Origin: an uncultured Candidatus Saccharibacteria bacterium
GTDB taxonomy: Bacteria > Patescibacteriota > Minisyncoccia > Phycocordibacterales > Phycocordibacteraceae
Assembly (NCBI GenBank): GCA_964550425.1
Contig: CAZJZB010000003.1
Coordinates: forward strand, 6-64,005
Length of the DNA stretch: 64,000 nt
Direction of reading: 5' to 3'
In this document: one piece after another, positions 1 to 9,675 of the stretch
Position numbering within the stretch: the stretch's first letter is position 1
Layout of the letters: every line of letters starts with the position of its first letter
Notes under the pieces: model-generated
The model's database searches: none
The model's input: the letters and a program-made list of their open reading frames with translations, nothing else
What the model was told of the DNA's origin: nothing
Position numbers and translations under genes: made by a program

Positions 1-105
1 GCTCAGGGATGGCGCTTAATTCAGCAACCCGTTTCTTTCTTTAAACCGAAGATGCGGTTATTTCTCTCATGACCGCGGGCGGTGGCGGGAAGAACCACAC
101 CCAAC

Positions 106-1089
106 TTAAATAGCGGAAACTGTATAGTCAGCCGGAGCGTTGGCGAGATACTCTTCTATTTTTTCGCGCGTGAGGAGACCTTTTTGCGCGCCGATCTCCT
201 GCACGACCGACATAGAATTCACGAGCCCCCAGCGAAGCGCCTCGGCAAGCGGCTTGTCGAGCGCGAGCGCGACGACGACTGTCGAGGTCGCAGCATCACC
301 GGCACCAGTGCGATCAATGGGCGGTTTCGGGTCCGGGTACATAGGCGCTTTGAGCATTTCGGTGCCGTCAAATGCGTACGCGCCCTTCGGTCCGTCCGTT
401 ATAAGCACCGTTTTCGGTCCGAGCGCACGCATATTTTGAAGAAGGGTTTTTATATCCGTCTCACCACACTCAAGAATACGTTCGGCCTCCTCTTTATTGC
501 AGGCGACGACTTCTGTTACGGTGTATAAATCTTTTAGTTTTTCTTTCCCCATCATCATCTGGAAGGTGCCGGGCTGGAAGGCGAGTTTCGTCTCGGGATG
601 TTCCGTAAGCCACACGGCGAGTTCCTTATGAAATATTTCAGAATTCTCTCCCGCTGAAGAAAGATAGATCCATCGCGGCGGTACAAAATTTTTCGGAATG
701 ACATAGGGGTATGTCTCATGACGGATGAGAATAGTGCGCTCGGCTTCATACATAAGCACGTAATGATGATTCGTCGGTATACCGTCGTTTATGGCGACAT
801 ATTTCGTATCGACGCCTTCGCGGGTGAATGTTGCGATGATCTCTTCGCCGAAACGGTCTCTCCCGACATTTGAAACGAATCCGGTTGAGAGACCGAGACG
901 CGCTGCCGCAACCGCGGCGTTCGCCGCATTCCCCACGCCCGGCACGAGCATGGAAAAATCGTAGGGAATTTTGTCGCCCCACTTCATCGAAATCGTGCAG
1001 TCCTGATTATTGATATCGCAGTTGATGCGCGCTTCTTTGAGTTTGATGAATTCATCAACAGCTGTGTCGCCGATAGCTACGAAATCCAT
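106..1089 (-). CDS. PfkB-family carbohydrate kinase (ribokinase/fructokinase-like)
   Basis: 338-aa ORF whose translation has PfkB hallmarks (N-terminal FVAIGD, C-terminal GAGDA motif). Start trimmed to MDFVAIGD, which follows a TGGTACACT extended -10 on the minus strand. Confidence 0.8.
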   Translation of the reverse strand: MDFVAIGDTAVDEFIKLKEARINCDINNQDCTISMKWGDKIPYDFSMLVPGVGNAANAAVAAARLGLSTGFVSNVGRDRFGEEIIATFTREGVDTKYVAINDGIPTNHHYVLMYEAERTILIRHETYPYVIPKNFVPPRWIYLSSAGENSEIFHKELAVWLTEHPETKLAFQPGTFQMMMGKEKLKDLYTVTEVVACNKEEAERILECGETDIKTLLQNMRALGPKTVLITDGPKGAYAFDGTEMLKAPMYPDPKPPIDRTGAGDAATSTVVVALALDKPLAEALRWGLVNSMSVVQEIGAQKGLLTREKIEEYLANAPADYTVSAI

Positions 1090-1122
1090 ATAAAAGAGAG
1101 TGTACCATGTTACGATACACAC

Positions 1123-2118
1123 ATGACTGATCTTGTTGCGGTTGCCCGTTCACTTTTTGCACCCGGCAAAGGACTCCTCGCAGCGGACGAAAGCGTACAT
1201 GCGGCGACGACGCGTCTCGCTTCCTACGGCATTCCCGTGAGTGCGGAGATGCGCCGACAATATCGCAACCTCTTCATCGGTACGGAGGGCATTGAGAAGT
1301 CGCTTTCCGGCATCATTCTTTTTTCCGAGACGCTCCTTCAAAAAGGGAATGATAAAAAATTATTTTCCGAATCGCTCGCGGCGCGCGGCATCATGCCGGG
1401 CGTGAAAGTTGATCTCGGGACCGAACCGCTCCCCGAGAGTCCGCAAGAGTCCATCACCAACGGTCTTCTCGATCTTCCGGAACGGCTTGCGGAATATAAG
1501 AAGCAGGGCGCCGTTTTTACTAAATGGCGCGCGGTTATTCGTATCGATGGCGATCAATTGCCGACCGCGGTGGCGATACATGAAAATGCAAAGCGCCTTG
1601 CGCAATATGCGAAGGAAGCGCAGACGGCGGGTCTCGTGCCAATTATAGAACCGGAAGTGCTGCACGAGGGTGCGCACAGCCGCCAGCGCGCCCGCTCGGT
1701 CGTTATAGAGACGCTCGGCACGCTTTTTTCGGTGCTTGGGGAACACTCGGTCGACCGTGCAGGTCTGATTTTGAAGACCTCCATGGCGCTTTCCGGCAGT
1801 GAAAGCAACAGGCATGACACGCCCGAGGAGGTCGCCGAGGATACGCTCGCCGCGCTCACAGAGAGTGTGCCGCGTCAGGTTGCGGGCATCGTCTTCCTCT
1901 CGGGCGGGCAAACGCCGGAAGAGGCGACAGCAAATCTCGCTGCAATAATAAAGCACGCTCGGAACATACACGCTCCTTGGCCGCTTACATTTTCCTACGC
2001 ACGCGCTCTCCAAGAAGAGGCGCTTTCAGTATGGAAAGGGAAGGAGGAAAATGTCGGAGCCGCTCGCGCAGTTTTCCTCGCCCGTCTCGCCAAGGTCTCT
2101 GCCACGCTCGGTCGGTGA
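1123..2118 (+). CDS. fba: fructose-bisphosphate aldolase, class I
   Basis: GKGLLAADES motif and overall similarity to class I FBP aldolase; 331 aa. TGTTACGAT extended -10 lies 6 nt upstream of the ATG. Confidence 0.85.
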   Translation: MTDLVAVARSLFAPGKGLLAADESVHAATTRLASYGIPVSAEMRRQYRNLFIGTEGIEKSLSGIILFSETLLQKGNDKKLFSESLAARGIMPGVKVDLGTEPLPESPQESITNGLLDLPERLAEYKKQGAVFTKWRAVIRIDGDQLPTAVAIHENAKRLAQYAKEAQTAGLVPIIEPEVLHEGAHSRQRARSVVIETLGTLFSVLGEHSVDRAGLILKTSMALSGSESNRHDTPEEVAEDTLAALTESVPRQVAGIVFLSGGQTPEEATANLAAIIKHARNIHAPWPLTFSYARALQEEALSVWKGKEENVGAARAVFLARLAKVSATLGR

Positions 2119-2143
2119 ATGAAAGACCTCAGAGGTCTTTCAT
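2119..2143. repeat. REP-like 25-bp palindrome (atgaaagacctcagaggtctttcat) overlapping the transposase stop codon
   Basis: Perfect palindrome. Same unit recurs at 2649-2673 and 2837-2861; related unit at 47034-47081. Confidence 0.85.
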
Positions 2144-2838
2144 CTTTCAAGAATTAAGTCAGTAGTTAACGCTGCTTCCGAATCCTTCAGATATTCTTTG
2201 ATTGCTTCCTGATAATTTTCAAATGCATTTCCGAATAAATCTTTGGTAAGAATGGAAGGGAAATTTTTCTTTCCACAATAGTCGAGATAACTGCTCCAGC
2301 GATACTCACCCAGATACGCCAATGTCTCTTTTGCATTTTTTATGGTTCCCTTATCTCGTTCGCGCCACTTGGTTGCTCCTGTAAGATAATCGAGCGGATT
2401 GAGATGTAGATAGTGGAGGATGTATAAGAAATGCGGTTCGTTCTCAATAAGAATTTTCTTTGTTTTTCCTTGGAAGAGATGCCCGTGTCGTTTATATCGT
2501 TCATTATAATATTTCGCGTAGCCGACGTTTACCTTCATCATGAATTTTGCCAGCCCGCCTTCAATGAGTTCAGAAATGAGTAAATGATAATGATCTTTCA
2601 TGAGACACCATCCGTGAATCTCTACCAATTTCTCTCGGACTCGCCGGAATGAAAGGCCTCTGAGGTCTTTCATTCCGGAATCAAACAGTCGGTGTAAATT
2701 GTCTGCCGATCTTGTGTCGTTAAATTCATACAGATTATGAATGAAACGCGCATAGTCCTGTGAATCTAGAAATAGGTCACGCCCCTCGATACTGTGATTG
2801 AGTAGGTGATACAGCTCCACTTGTTGAGTATAACCCAT
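2140..2838 (-). CDS. IS200/Y1-type HUH transposase (REP-associated tyrosine transposase-like, COG1943 family)
   Basis: HGWCLMKDHYHLLI (HUH motif), RHGHLFQGK..., YILHYLHLNPLD (catalytic Tyr region). AT-rich relative to neighbours. Flanked by REP palindromes that overlap both start and stop codons. Start set at MGYTQQ. Confidence 0.75.
   Translation of the reverse strand: MGYTQQVELYHLLNHSIEGRDLFLDSQDYARFIHNLYEFNDTRSADNLHRLFDSGMKDLRGLSFRRVREKLVEIHGWCLMKDHYHLLISELIEGGLAKFMMKVNVGYAKYYNERYKRHGHLFQGKTKKILIENEPHFLYILHYLHLNPLDYLTGATKWRERDKGTIKNAKETLAYLGEYRWSSYLDYCGKKNFPSILTKDLFGNAFENYQEAIKEYLKDSEAALTTDLILER
2644..2678. repeat. REP-like palindrome inserted in-frame inside the transposase CDS (encodes GMKDLRGLSFRR)
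   Basis: ccggaatgaaaggcctctgaggtctttcattccgg; one mismatch to the flanking copies. The reading frame is maintained. Confidence 0.8.
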
Positions 2839-2861
2839 GAAAGACCTCTGAGGTCTTTCAT
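2837..2861. repeat. REP-like 25-bp palindrome overlapping the transposase start codon and the stop of the next ORF
   Basis: atgaaagacctctgaggtctttcat, a perfect palindrome. Confidence 0.85.
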
Positions 2862-3226
2862 TTCGGCAACCAGGTGCGAAGGTCAATGAGTTCGGTTTTC
2901 CATGTATTGTTAATCAGTTGCGCAACGGTGGATCCACTGATTGGCATACCATCACTACCATAATAAGTTGCAAACACCACCGTTTTCGGAACTTTTTCTG
3001 GAGGATTTATCACGGATCTGTTATATTCGTACTCGGTATGTCCATCTTCTGTTGCTACGCTTATTTCCCACAAGTAAATACCTCGTTCATCTTCAAGTTT
3101 TCGCACCTCCGTATATTCTTTCGTACCCGTCAATTTTTCAAAGACGGCCGCAACTTCTTCTAACGTAGGAGCAGTTTCTATTTTAACTCCGGTTTCAATA
3201 TTCTTCGGAGGTCCATCAGCAGTCAT
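2858..3226 (-). CDS. hypothetical protein (AT-rich, next to the transposase)
   Basis: 122-aa ORF with no recognizable motif; low-GC like the adjacent transposase. Confidence 0.4.
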   Translation of the reverse strand: MTADGPPKNIETGVKIETAPTLEEVAAVFEKLTGTKEYTEVRKLEDERGIYLWEISVATEDGHTEYEYNRSVINPPEKVPKTVVFATYYGSDGMPISGSTVAQLINNTWKTELIDLRTWLPK

Positions 3227-3294
3227 GGCTGTTAATGTATCAGAGTTCAGAAGAATTGCATTTAAGTCCCCTTTCCACTATAGTAGTCCCTACT

Positions 3295-3960
3295 ATGCTT
3301 ACGCTTTCAGTTGAGAGACGCCTGCTTGTTGGCACGGCAGGCGAGAAGACCCGCGTTTCTGCGGCGGCTCTGCGCCGCAAGGGTTCCATTCCTGCTGTCG
3401 TCTACGGCGCACACCATGCGTCAACGGCGATCGCCATCCCGGCCCACGCCTTTGAGAAGGTTTTGCGCGAGGCGGGCGAGGCGACCATCGTTTCACTCGC
3501 GGGTCTCGGTGAACCGCTTCCGACCCTCATCCATGAAGTCGATCTTGATCCGATCACGAACCAACCGCGCCACGTTGATTTCTATGCGGTAACCAAAGGC
3601 GAAAAAGTGGAGGTCGCCATTCCGCTTACGTTCGTCGGTGAGTCGCCGGCAGTAGAGGCGGGCGCAAATCTCGTGAAGGTGCTTCACGAGCTTGAAGTGG
3701 AAGCGGATCCGATGAATCTTCCGCACAACATTGAGGTCGATCTCTCCGTACTCGTGACAATTAACGATAAGATCCACGCGAAAGACCTTGTGCTTCCGGC
3801 GGGTGTAACACTTGTCAGCGAACCCGAGGAAGTCGTGGCGCTCGCGCAGGAAGTCGTTGAGGAGAAAGAGGAAGCGGTTGCGCCGGCTGATATTGCTTCA
3901 ATTGAAGTTGAGAAGAAGGGCAAAGAAGAGGCGGAAGGGGAAACGGCGCCCAGCGCATAA
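3295..3960 (+). CDS. rplY: 50S ribosomal protein L25 / general stress protein Ctc
   Basis: Translation resembles L25/Ctc, with an acidic C-terminal tail. TATAGT -10 lies 10 nt upstream of the ATG. Confidence 0.85.
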   Translation: MLTLSVERRLLVGTAGEKTRVSAAALRRKGSIPAVVYGAHHASTAIAIPAHAFEKVLREAGEATIVSLAGLGEPLPTLIHEVDLDPITNQPRHVDFYAVTKGEKVEVAIPLTFVGESPAVEAGANLVKVLHELEVEADPMNLPHNIEVDLSVLVTINDKIHAKDLVLPAGVTLVSEPEEVVALAQEVVEEKEEAVAPADIASIEVEKKGKEEAEGETAPSA

Positions 3961-3993
3961 CGCACGCAAAGGGAGCGTGCTAACATAGACGCG

Positions 3994-5382
3994 ATGCGTC
4001 GGTTTTTCTTTTTTATTCTCGTGTGCGCGTGCATTGCTGTGCCGTCTTCCATGTTTGCACAGGGCGTGTCTTCTGCTGTAGCGAATCGCCAGCAAGAACT
4101 TCAGAATCAACTCGATGTGCTCGAAAGCCAAATAGCCGTACAGCAACAACTGCTCGATGTCGCACAAAATCAGCATCAGACGCTCCAGACCCAAATAAAC
4201 GCTTTCAATGCGGAAATAAAGAAAACCCAACTCCAGATTCAGGCGATTAATCTCACCATAGCGCAACTGAATACCAATATCGGGGTGCGCAATCAGACGC
4301 TCTCACAACTCTCTTCGCAGCTTGCGGCTGAGAAAGAGTCGCTCGCGCAAATTCTGCGTCAGACACAAATGTTTGACAGCTACTCGGCAGTTAGTGTCGC
4401 ACTCGGTTCACAAGACGTTTCAACTTTCTTCAGCGATCTTGATGCGTTTACCTCCATCAAAAGATTGCTTGCGAAATCATTTGATCAGATTAAGCGGACA
4501 AGCGTTTCAACCGAGGCCGAGAAGGAGGCGCTCCAGGCACGACTCGCGGAACAAGAGCAGCTCCGGACGGTGGCGCAACTCGCCAAGCAACAGGTCCAGG
4601 CGCAGGAAAAAGAAAAACAGAAATTGTTGACGCAAACGAAAGGCATCGAGGCAAATTATCAAAAGATAATCGCAGTAACCCAGAAGACCGCAGCCCAGAT
4701 TCGTTCCGAACTCTTCACGCTGCGCGACAGTGCGGCGATACCTTTTGGCACCGCGCTTACGTATGCACTCGCCGCCGAGAAGGCGACCGGCACTCGAGCC
4801 GCAATTACTCTCGGCGTGTTGAAACAGGAGACGAACCTTGGTCAGAATCTCGGTACCGGCTCATGGCGCGTTGATATGGCGCCGCACCGCGATCAGCCGG
4901 TCTTTGTCTACATCACGCAAGCGCTCGGCCTTGATCCTGATAAAATGCCGATTTCCAGAAAGGCGGGATTGAGTGCGTGGGGGGGTGCGATGGGGCCGGG
5001 ACAATTTATCCCTTCAACATGGGTCTGCTACGGCGGATTCATCAATGTGAAGACAAATACCTGTTCACCTTCATCGGGCGCCACGAGTTCATTCTGGCAG
5101 GGTCCATGGCAATATGTCGCGAACAAAGATCGCGTCCGAAAACTCCTTGGCAACTCATCACCCTCCAATCCTTGGAACGCAGAAACTGCCATCATGGCGA
5201 CTGCGATGCTTATGGCGGACAATGGCGCATCGGCACGAACGCCGGCTGCGGAACGCCTTGCAGCACTCCGATACTTCGCCGGATGGACACATGCAAAAAA
5301 ACCGGCCTATGCTCCCTATGGCGACGGTGTGATGGGATTCGCCGCCCAATTTCAGAGAGACATCAATCAACTCGGCGTGTAA
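3994..5382 (+). CDS. secreted coiled-coil protein with C-terminal lytic transglycosylase (MltB/SLT-like) domain
   Basis: Signal peptide, then a long Q/L-rich coiled coil, then LKQETNLGQ...AWGGAMGPGQFIPSTW (catalytic Glu and AxGxMQFxPxT-like SLT motif). TGCTAACAT extended -10 at 3978-3986. Confidence 0.6.
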   Translation: MRRFFFFILVCACIAVPSSMFAQGVSSAVANRQQELQNQLDVLESQIAVQQQLLDVAQNQHQTLQTQINAFNAEIKKTQLQIQAINLTIAQLNTNIGVRNQTLSQLSSQLAAEKESLAQILRQTQMFDSYSAVSVALGSQDVSTFFSDLDAFTSIKRLLAKSFDQIKRTSVSTEAEKEALQARLAEQEQLRTVAQLAKQQVQAQEKEKQKLLTQTKGIEANYQKIIAVTQKTAAQIRSELFTLRDSAAIPFGTALTYALAAEKATGTRAAITLGVLKQETNLGQNLGTGSWRVDMAPHRDQPVFVYITQALGLDPDKMPISRKAGLSAWGGAMGPGQFIPSTWVCYGGFINVKTNTCSPSSGATSSFWQGPWQYVANKDRVRKLLGNSSPSNPWNAETAIMATAMLMADNGASARTPAAERLAALRYFAGWTHAKKPAYAPYGDGVMGFAAQFQRDINQLGV

Positions 5383-5638
5383 TAACGGACAGACAGATGT
5401 CTAACACTCGGTGTTTGACACTGCCGCAAGTTGTTAAAAGATATATAAAGAGTGCTATCATGTACCGTGGAAGAATAGAGCAAACTGCATGACGTTTCTA
5501 ACCAATATAAGGAGGATTAAGCAATGCAGTATCGAGGAATCATGCGTTCCGTCGAGCAAACCTGTTTGATAACTCTTCTGGAGCGACTGTCACAATGGTT
5601 TGCACAATTCAATAGACAGTCGAAAGGAGGGAAGTCCG

Positions 5639-5920
5639 ATGCATCTGAAAAAAGAGGAACGACAGAGAGTTGAATTGTTCCTCGGTCATTCACGTATAGG
5701 GCGGAATCTTGATCTGCTCTGCGAATGCATCCTTTGGGTCCTGCTCATTCTCACTGGACTCGTAGAAGGATTGTTCGGCTGGCTCAGCTATATTCCCAAT
5801 GAGAGGAAAGTAGAGCTAAAAAAGTATATCCTCCGTTGGTTGCAGTATGCGGAGTGTGAGGTCAAGAAGATAAAGACCCGCTTTCACAACTATTTTCACA
5901 AAGATCCCACCCCTCTGTAG
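5639..5920 (+). CDS. hypothetical small membrane protein
   Basis: SD gaaaggaggg 8 nt upstream of the ATG; hydrophobic core; the ORF ends inside a terminator hairpin. Confidence 0.35.
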   Translation: MHLKKEERQRVELFLGHSRIGRNLDLLCECILWVLLILTGLVEGLFGWLSYIPNERKVELKKYILRWLQYAECEVKKIKTRFHNYFHKDPTPL

Positions 5921-5958
5921 ACAGGCAATCACGCCGTCTACAAGGGGTGGTCTTTTTT
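5909..5958 (+). terminator. rho-independent terminator
   Basis: ccaccccTCTGTAGAC...GTCTACAaggggtgg stem followed by tctttttt. Confidence 0.6.
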
Positions 5959-6101
5959 ATTTTCTCTAGGCATAGTGTCCGAGAACATATGATTTTCCTC
6001 GCCAAAAGTTGTCCACTACGCGCTCATACTTCTCTCAAGTCGTTCCATGGGCAGTGATACACTATACGCATAGGGTGATTACATCCGTTTAGCTTTACAT
6101 T

Positions 6102-6626
6102 ATGCATATGAATCTTCATCGTTTTTTCTCGCAGGTCGCCGTACTCATAGGTGCCGTTCTGTTCTCGATAGGTCTTCAGGCCCTTGCTTTCACGCAGCCA
6201 TCGGCATCTCCGCCAAACGCCGACGCGTACGCGCCGCTCAATGCCGGTCCAAGTGTGCAAAAAAAGTCCGGAGGCCTCTTTCTTAACACGGGCGGCGCGT
6301 CCAATGGTCTCATCGTGCAGTTCGGCAATGTCGGCATCGGGACATTGACTCCCGTAGCCAAATTGTCGGTCGCTGGCGGCGTGCAAATAGGGGATGATAC
6401 CTCTGCGTGCACCGAGGCAAATTATGGAACATTGAGATCGAATAATAATTCACTCCAGTATTGCGGAAGCATTACTTCAACAACGCAATCCGGAGGGGCC
6501 TGCAACACAGGGTGTCCCGGCGGCACGGCGCTCTACCCCATTTCAAGCTGGGGAACTTGTATTACGTACATGTGTCAACGAACAACCCAGACATATAGAT
6601 GGGGAACTGTTACTATGAATCCATAA
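6102..6626 (+). CDS. secreted hypothetical protein (GNVGIGTLTP motif, Cys-rich C-terminus)
   Basis: N-terminal signal peptide/TM, then a GNVGIGT motif seen in fibre-like surface proteins. No enzymatic motif. Confidence 0.5.
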   Translation: MHMNLHRFFSQVAVLIGAVLFSIGLQALAFTQPSASPPNADAYAPLNAGPSVQKKSGGLFLNTGGASNGLIVQFGNVGIGTLTPVAKLSVAGGVQIGDDTSACTEANYGTLRSNNNSLQYCGSITSTTQSGGACNTGCPGGTALYPISSWGTCITYMCQRTTQTYRWGTVTMNP

Positions 6627-6635
6627 TCCTGACGA

Positions 6636-6986
6636 ATGAAAATGGACACCACACCCCCGCAACAGGAAATGACAAATCAAGCGGACTCTTCCTACGAAGA
6701 AGCGGATAACGGCTTACGAAGACCGCGTTCCTTCAAGGTATGGTGGTTGTTGATTCTTGCGCTTATCGCCCTATGGCTCTGGATTAGTTGGTTCTATGGC
6801 CGATCTCCTTTCTCGTCGCAGACCACAATTTCACCGGAAGAAACAACGCAAGAAATCCCGCAAAGCGTGCTCGATTCGCTCACTGCGCCAACCAATGCTC
6901 CCGAGAGCGATATTCCGCAAAGCGTGCTCGATTCGCTCACCGCGCCCACCGATTCTCCTTCAGCACCCGACTTGAATACCCCATAA
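6636..6986 (+). CDS. membrane-anchored protein with tandem [13 protein letters not shown] repeats
   Basis: One TM helix ([18 protein letters not shown]). Two near-identical ~48-bp tandem repeats at about 6853-6960. Confidence 0.5.
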   Translation: MKMDTTPPQQEMTNQADSSYEEADNGLRRPRSFKVWWLLILALIALWLWISWFYGRSPFSSQTTISPEETTQEIPQSVLDSLTAPTNAPESDIPQSVLDSLTAPTDSPSAPDLNTP

Positions 6987-6993
6987 CCTAATC

Positions 6994-8253
6994 ATGTCGT
7001 CTGCACTCATCGCTCGCCCGTTCCACATATCAGTATGTATCGCAGTGCTCGCGGTCGCATATATGTTCGGGAGTTCAATGGCGCCCTATAGAGCGGCAGC
7101 GGCTAGTCCCATGCCCATTACCGGCTGGGCATGGTCTTCCGCTTCTCCCGGTGTGGGTTGGATTAGTTTCAGTGGACCGGGATATGGCGTGTTTGAAGAT
7201 ACAACAACCGGAGCATTTTCCGGCTACGCATGGTCCTCTAATATCGGTTGGATTAGTTTTGCCGCGTCTGATGCAACGCATCCGGCGCCGAACATTGCTT
7301 CCGGTACCGGGAAAATAACCGGTTGGGTGCGTGCATGCGCGGCATTTGCCAACAAAAACGCTTGCAGCGGCGCGCTTGACCCGAAGAGCGGCGGCTGGGA
7401 TGGCTGGATTGCCCTTTCGGGCGTTGCCGCTGACGGTTCGTCCTATGGCATCGTACAGAATGCCGCATGCGCGTGGACCGGCTACGCATGGGGCTCTGAT
7501 GCTATAGGCGCAATAAATGTGAGCGGCTCAACGGCTGACGGCTCTTCGTACGGCGTTGTGGGCGTTGATCCGACTGTCTGCGCCTCTGTAAACGGCGGCT
7601 GGTCTACTTTTTCAAGTTGTTCGGTCAGTTGCGGAGGGGGCACCCAAACAAGAAGTTGTACGAACCCTTCTCCCACAAACGGGGGAGCCGCGTGCACCGG
7701 CCCGACAAGCCAGAGTTGCAATACGCAAGCATGCGCGCCAATCGCTACACTTTTTGCAAACCCACATACTATTGACAACGGTCAATCCTCAACGCTGATT
7801 TGGAGTTCCACGAACGCAACTTCCTGTACGTCGGCAGGCGGCTTCTCCACGGGCGGCGCCACCTCCGGCAGCGCTTCAACGGGAGTGCTTACGTCCACTC
7901 AGAATTATCAAATCAATTGTACCGGTCCCGGCGGTTCCACCGATTCGAACATCGCAACGGTGAAAGTTCTTTTCCCCACTGTCTCAATAAATGCCGTACC
8001 GGATCGCGTGGCGAATGGTGGCTCGACAACCCTGTCATGGAGCGCTGTCGACGCAAGTTCCTGCACCATCACAAAGAACGGTACGATGTGGCGAACGCTT
8101 ACCGCCCCCGATTCGCGAACCATTTCCGGTTCCGCTAGCGATACGGTCAACGCCCAGACCACCTACATCATTTCTTGCACGAACGATACGAGTACGAGCG
8201 CAGCAACCGATACGCAAATCGTGAACGTGGCGGGGGACTTCCAGGAATTCTAG
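6994..8253 (+). CDS. secreted protein with W/G-rich repeats, a thrombospondin type-1 (TSP1) repeat and two Ig-like ~90-aa repeats
   Basis: Signal peptide; GWxWSS/GWISF repeats; [45 protein letters not shown] matches the TSP1 consensus; two paralogous C-terminal repeats (…[14 protein letters not shown]… and …[15 protein letters not shown]…). Confidence 0.6.
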   Translation: MSSALIARPFHISVCIAVLAVAYMFGSSMAPYRAAAASPMPITGWAWSSASPGVGWISFSGPGYGVFEDTTTGAFSGYAWSSNIGWISFAASDATHPAPNIASGTGKITGWVRACAAFANKNACSGALDPKSGGWDGWIALSGVAADGSSYGIVQNAACAWTGYAWGSDAIGAINVSGSTADGSSYGVVGVDPTVCASVNGGWSTFSSCSVSCGGGTQTRSCTNPSPTNGGAACTGPTSQSCNTQACAPIATLFANPHTIDNGQSSTLIWSSTNATSCTSAGGFSTGGATSGSASTGVLTSTQNYQINCTGPGGSTDSNIATVKVLFPTVSINAVPDRVANGGSTTLSWSAVDASSCTITKNGTMWRTLTAPDSRTISGSASDTVNAQTTYIISCTNDTSTSAATDTQIVNVAGDFQEF

Positions 8254-8317
8254 GTGCGCCTGTACTTCGAAGCCAGATAAATTGTATCTGGCGTAGTAGT
8301 GTGCTATCATGCGCAGG

Positions 8318-8569
8318 ATGAAAAAAGATATCCATCCGGGGAATTATCGCACCGTCCTCTTTGAGGACAGCGCTTCCGGCGCACATTTCCTTATCGGTTC
8401 TACGGTTCCCGCAACCCAAACTGCCATAGGGGAAGACGGTAAAGAGTATCCGAAATGTGTCGTAGAAATCTCATCAAAATCACACCCTTTTTACACAGGC
8501 GAGGACCGTACACTTGATACGACAGGCCGCATTGAGCGATTCAAGCAGCGCGCCGCGAAAAAGCGATAA
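8318..8569 (+). CDS. rpmE: 50S ribosomal protein L31
   Basis: [13 protein letters not shown]... is typical L31. TGCTATCAT extended -10 lies 7 nt upstream. Confidence 0.85.
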   Translation: MKKDIHPGNYRTVLFEDSASGAHFLIGSTVPATQTAIGEDGKEYPKCVVEISSKSHPFYTGEDRTLDTTGRIERFKQRAAKKR

Positions 8570-8697
8570 AACTCCCCGTCTGCTTTGTTACGGGTCCCAG
8601 CGATTTTCTCCGTCGTACCTCGAGTACGCCTCCGAAAGTCGCTCTCCCGTGCCTCGCATCCGAAACAGTTTTATCGCTTTTCTGGTATCTTGATTTC

Positions 8698-9630
8698 ATG
8701 GACTACTCGCCTGAATTTAAAAAGAACTTCGCGACTGCGTATCTCGCGGAAGAATACGAGCGTCTTGAGAAAGAGGTGGCGGAGGCGCGAAGCGCCGCGG
8801 GAAGAGATGCGGAATTATTGCAGATGGCCGCAGAAGACGAAGCGCGTGTCCGCGCTCGCCAGGCGGATATCCTCGGCGAGATAGGGCATATTCTCACGAA
8901 AGAAAAAGAAGAAATCGTACGGCCGAGTTCGGTCGTGATGGAGCTGCGCGCCGCCGCCGGCGGGGACGAGGCGGGCATTTTTGCCCACGATTTGAAGGAG
9001 ATGTATCAAAAGTACGCCGAGCATCGCGGATGGAAAGCGCGTTCCATCGACGATCTCACGCTCGAGATCGTGGGTTCCGATGCGTATGACGCCTTGCAGT
9101 ATGAGACCGGCGTACATCGAGTCCAGCGCATACCGCTCACCGAGAAATCGGGCCGTATCCATACCTCAACCGCTTCAATCGCAGTATTGCCCATCCGCTC
9201 GAAATCAAAGATAGACATCAATCCCGCCGATATCCAGATGGAGTTCTCGAGAAGCGGTGGAGCGGGCGGGCAGAATGTGAACAAGGTCGAGACGGCCGTG
9301 CGGCTCATCCACACGCCCACCGGCATTGATGTTCGATCTTCAAGCGAGCGCAGCCAACTCGCGAATCGCGAGAAGGCCATGCAGATTCTCTCCGCGAAGC
9401 TTGAGCAATTACATGAGGAACAGGAGGCGAAGAAACATGCGGCAGAACGAAAGGAGCAGATAGGCACTGGGGACCGTTCGGAGAAAATCCGCACCTATAA
9501 TTACCTTCAAGACCGCGTTACCGACCACCGGTTAAAAGAGTCCTGGCACAACTTGCCGAAGATTCTCTCAGGCGACCTTGGCGATATCGTGAAAGCGCTT
9601 CGCGCCGCAAGCGATTCTGAAGTCACATAA
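8698..9630 (+). CDS. prfA: peptide chain release factor 1 (short form)
   Basis: GGQ motif ([18 protein letters not shown]) and a P-x-T tripeptide (RIPLTE) typical of RF1; 310 aa. Confidence 0.8.
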   Translation: MDYSPEFKKNFATAYLAEEYERLEKEVAEARSAAGRDAELLQMAAEDEARVRARQADILGEIGHILTKEKEEIVRPSSVVMELRAAAGGDEAGIFAHDLKEMYQKYAEHRGWKARSIDDLTLEIVGSDAYDALQYETGVHRVQRIPLTEKSGRIHTSTASIAVLPIRSKSKIDINPADIQMEFSRSGGAGGQNVNKVETAVRLIHTPTGIDVRSSSERSQLANREKAMQILSAKLEQLHEEQEAKKHAAERKEQIGTGDRSEKIRTYNYLQDRVTDHRLKESWHNLPKILSGDLGDIVKALRAASDSEVT

Positions 9631-9675
9631 TATTTCGCTTGCATGACGACCACTGTTCGGGTACAGTAGTGTCAC

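Noticed and set aside
82-982. Several plus- and minus-strand ORFs (82-528, 140-439, 555-749, 746-982) overlapping the PfkB kinase gene
   Set aside because: Antisense to, or out of frame with, a well-supported 338-aa PfkB kinase ORF. Compositionally Arg/Ser-rich in the way GC-rich antisense frames are.
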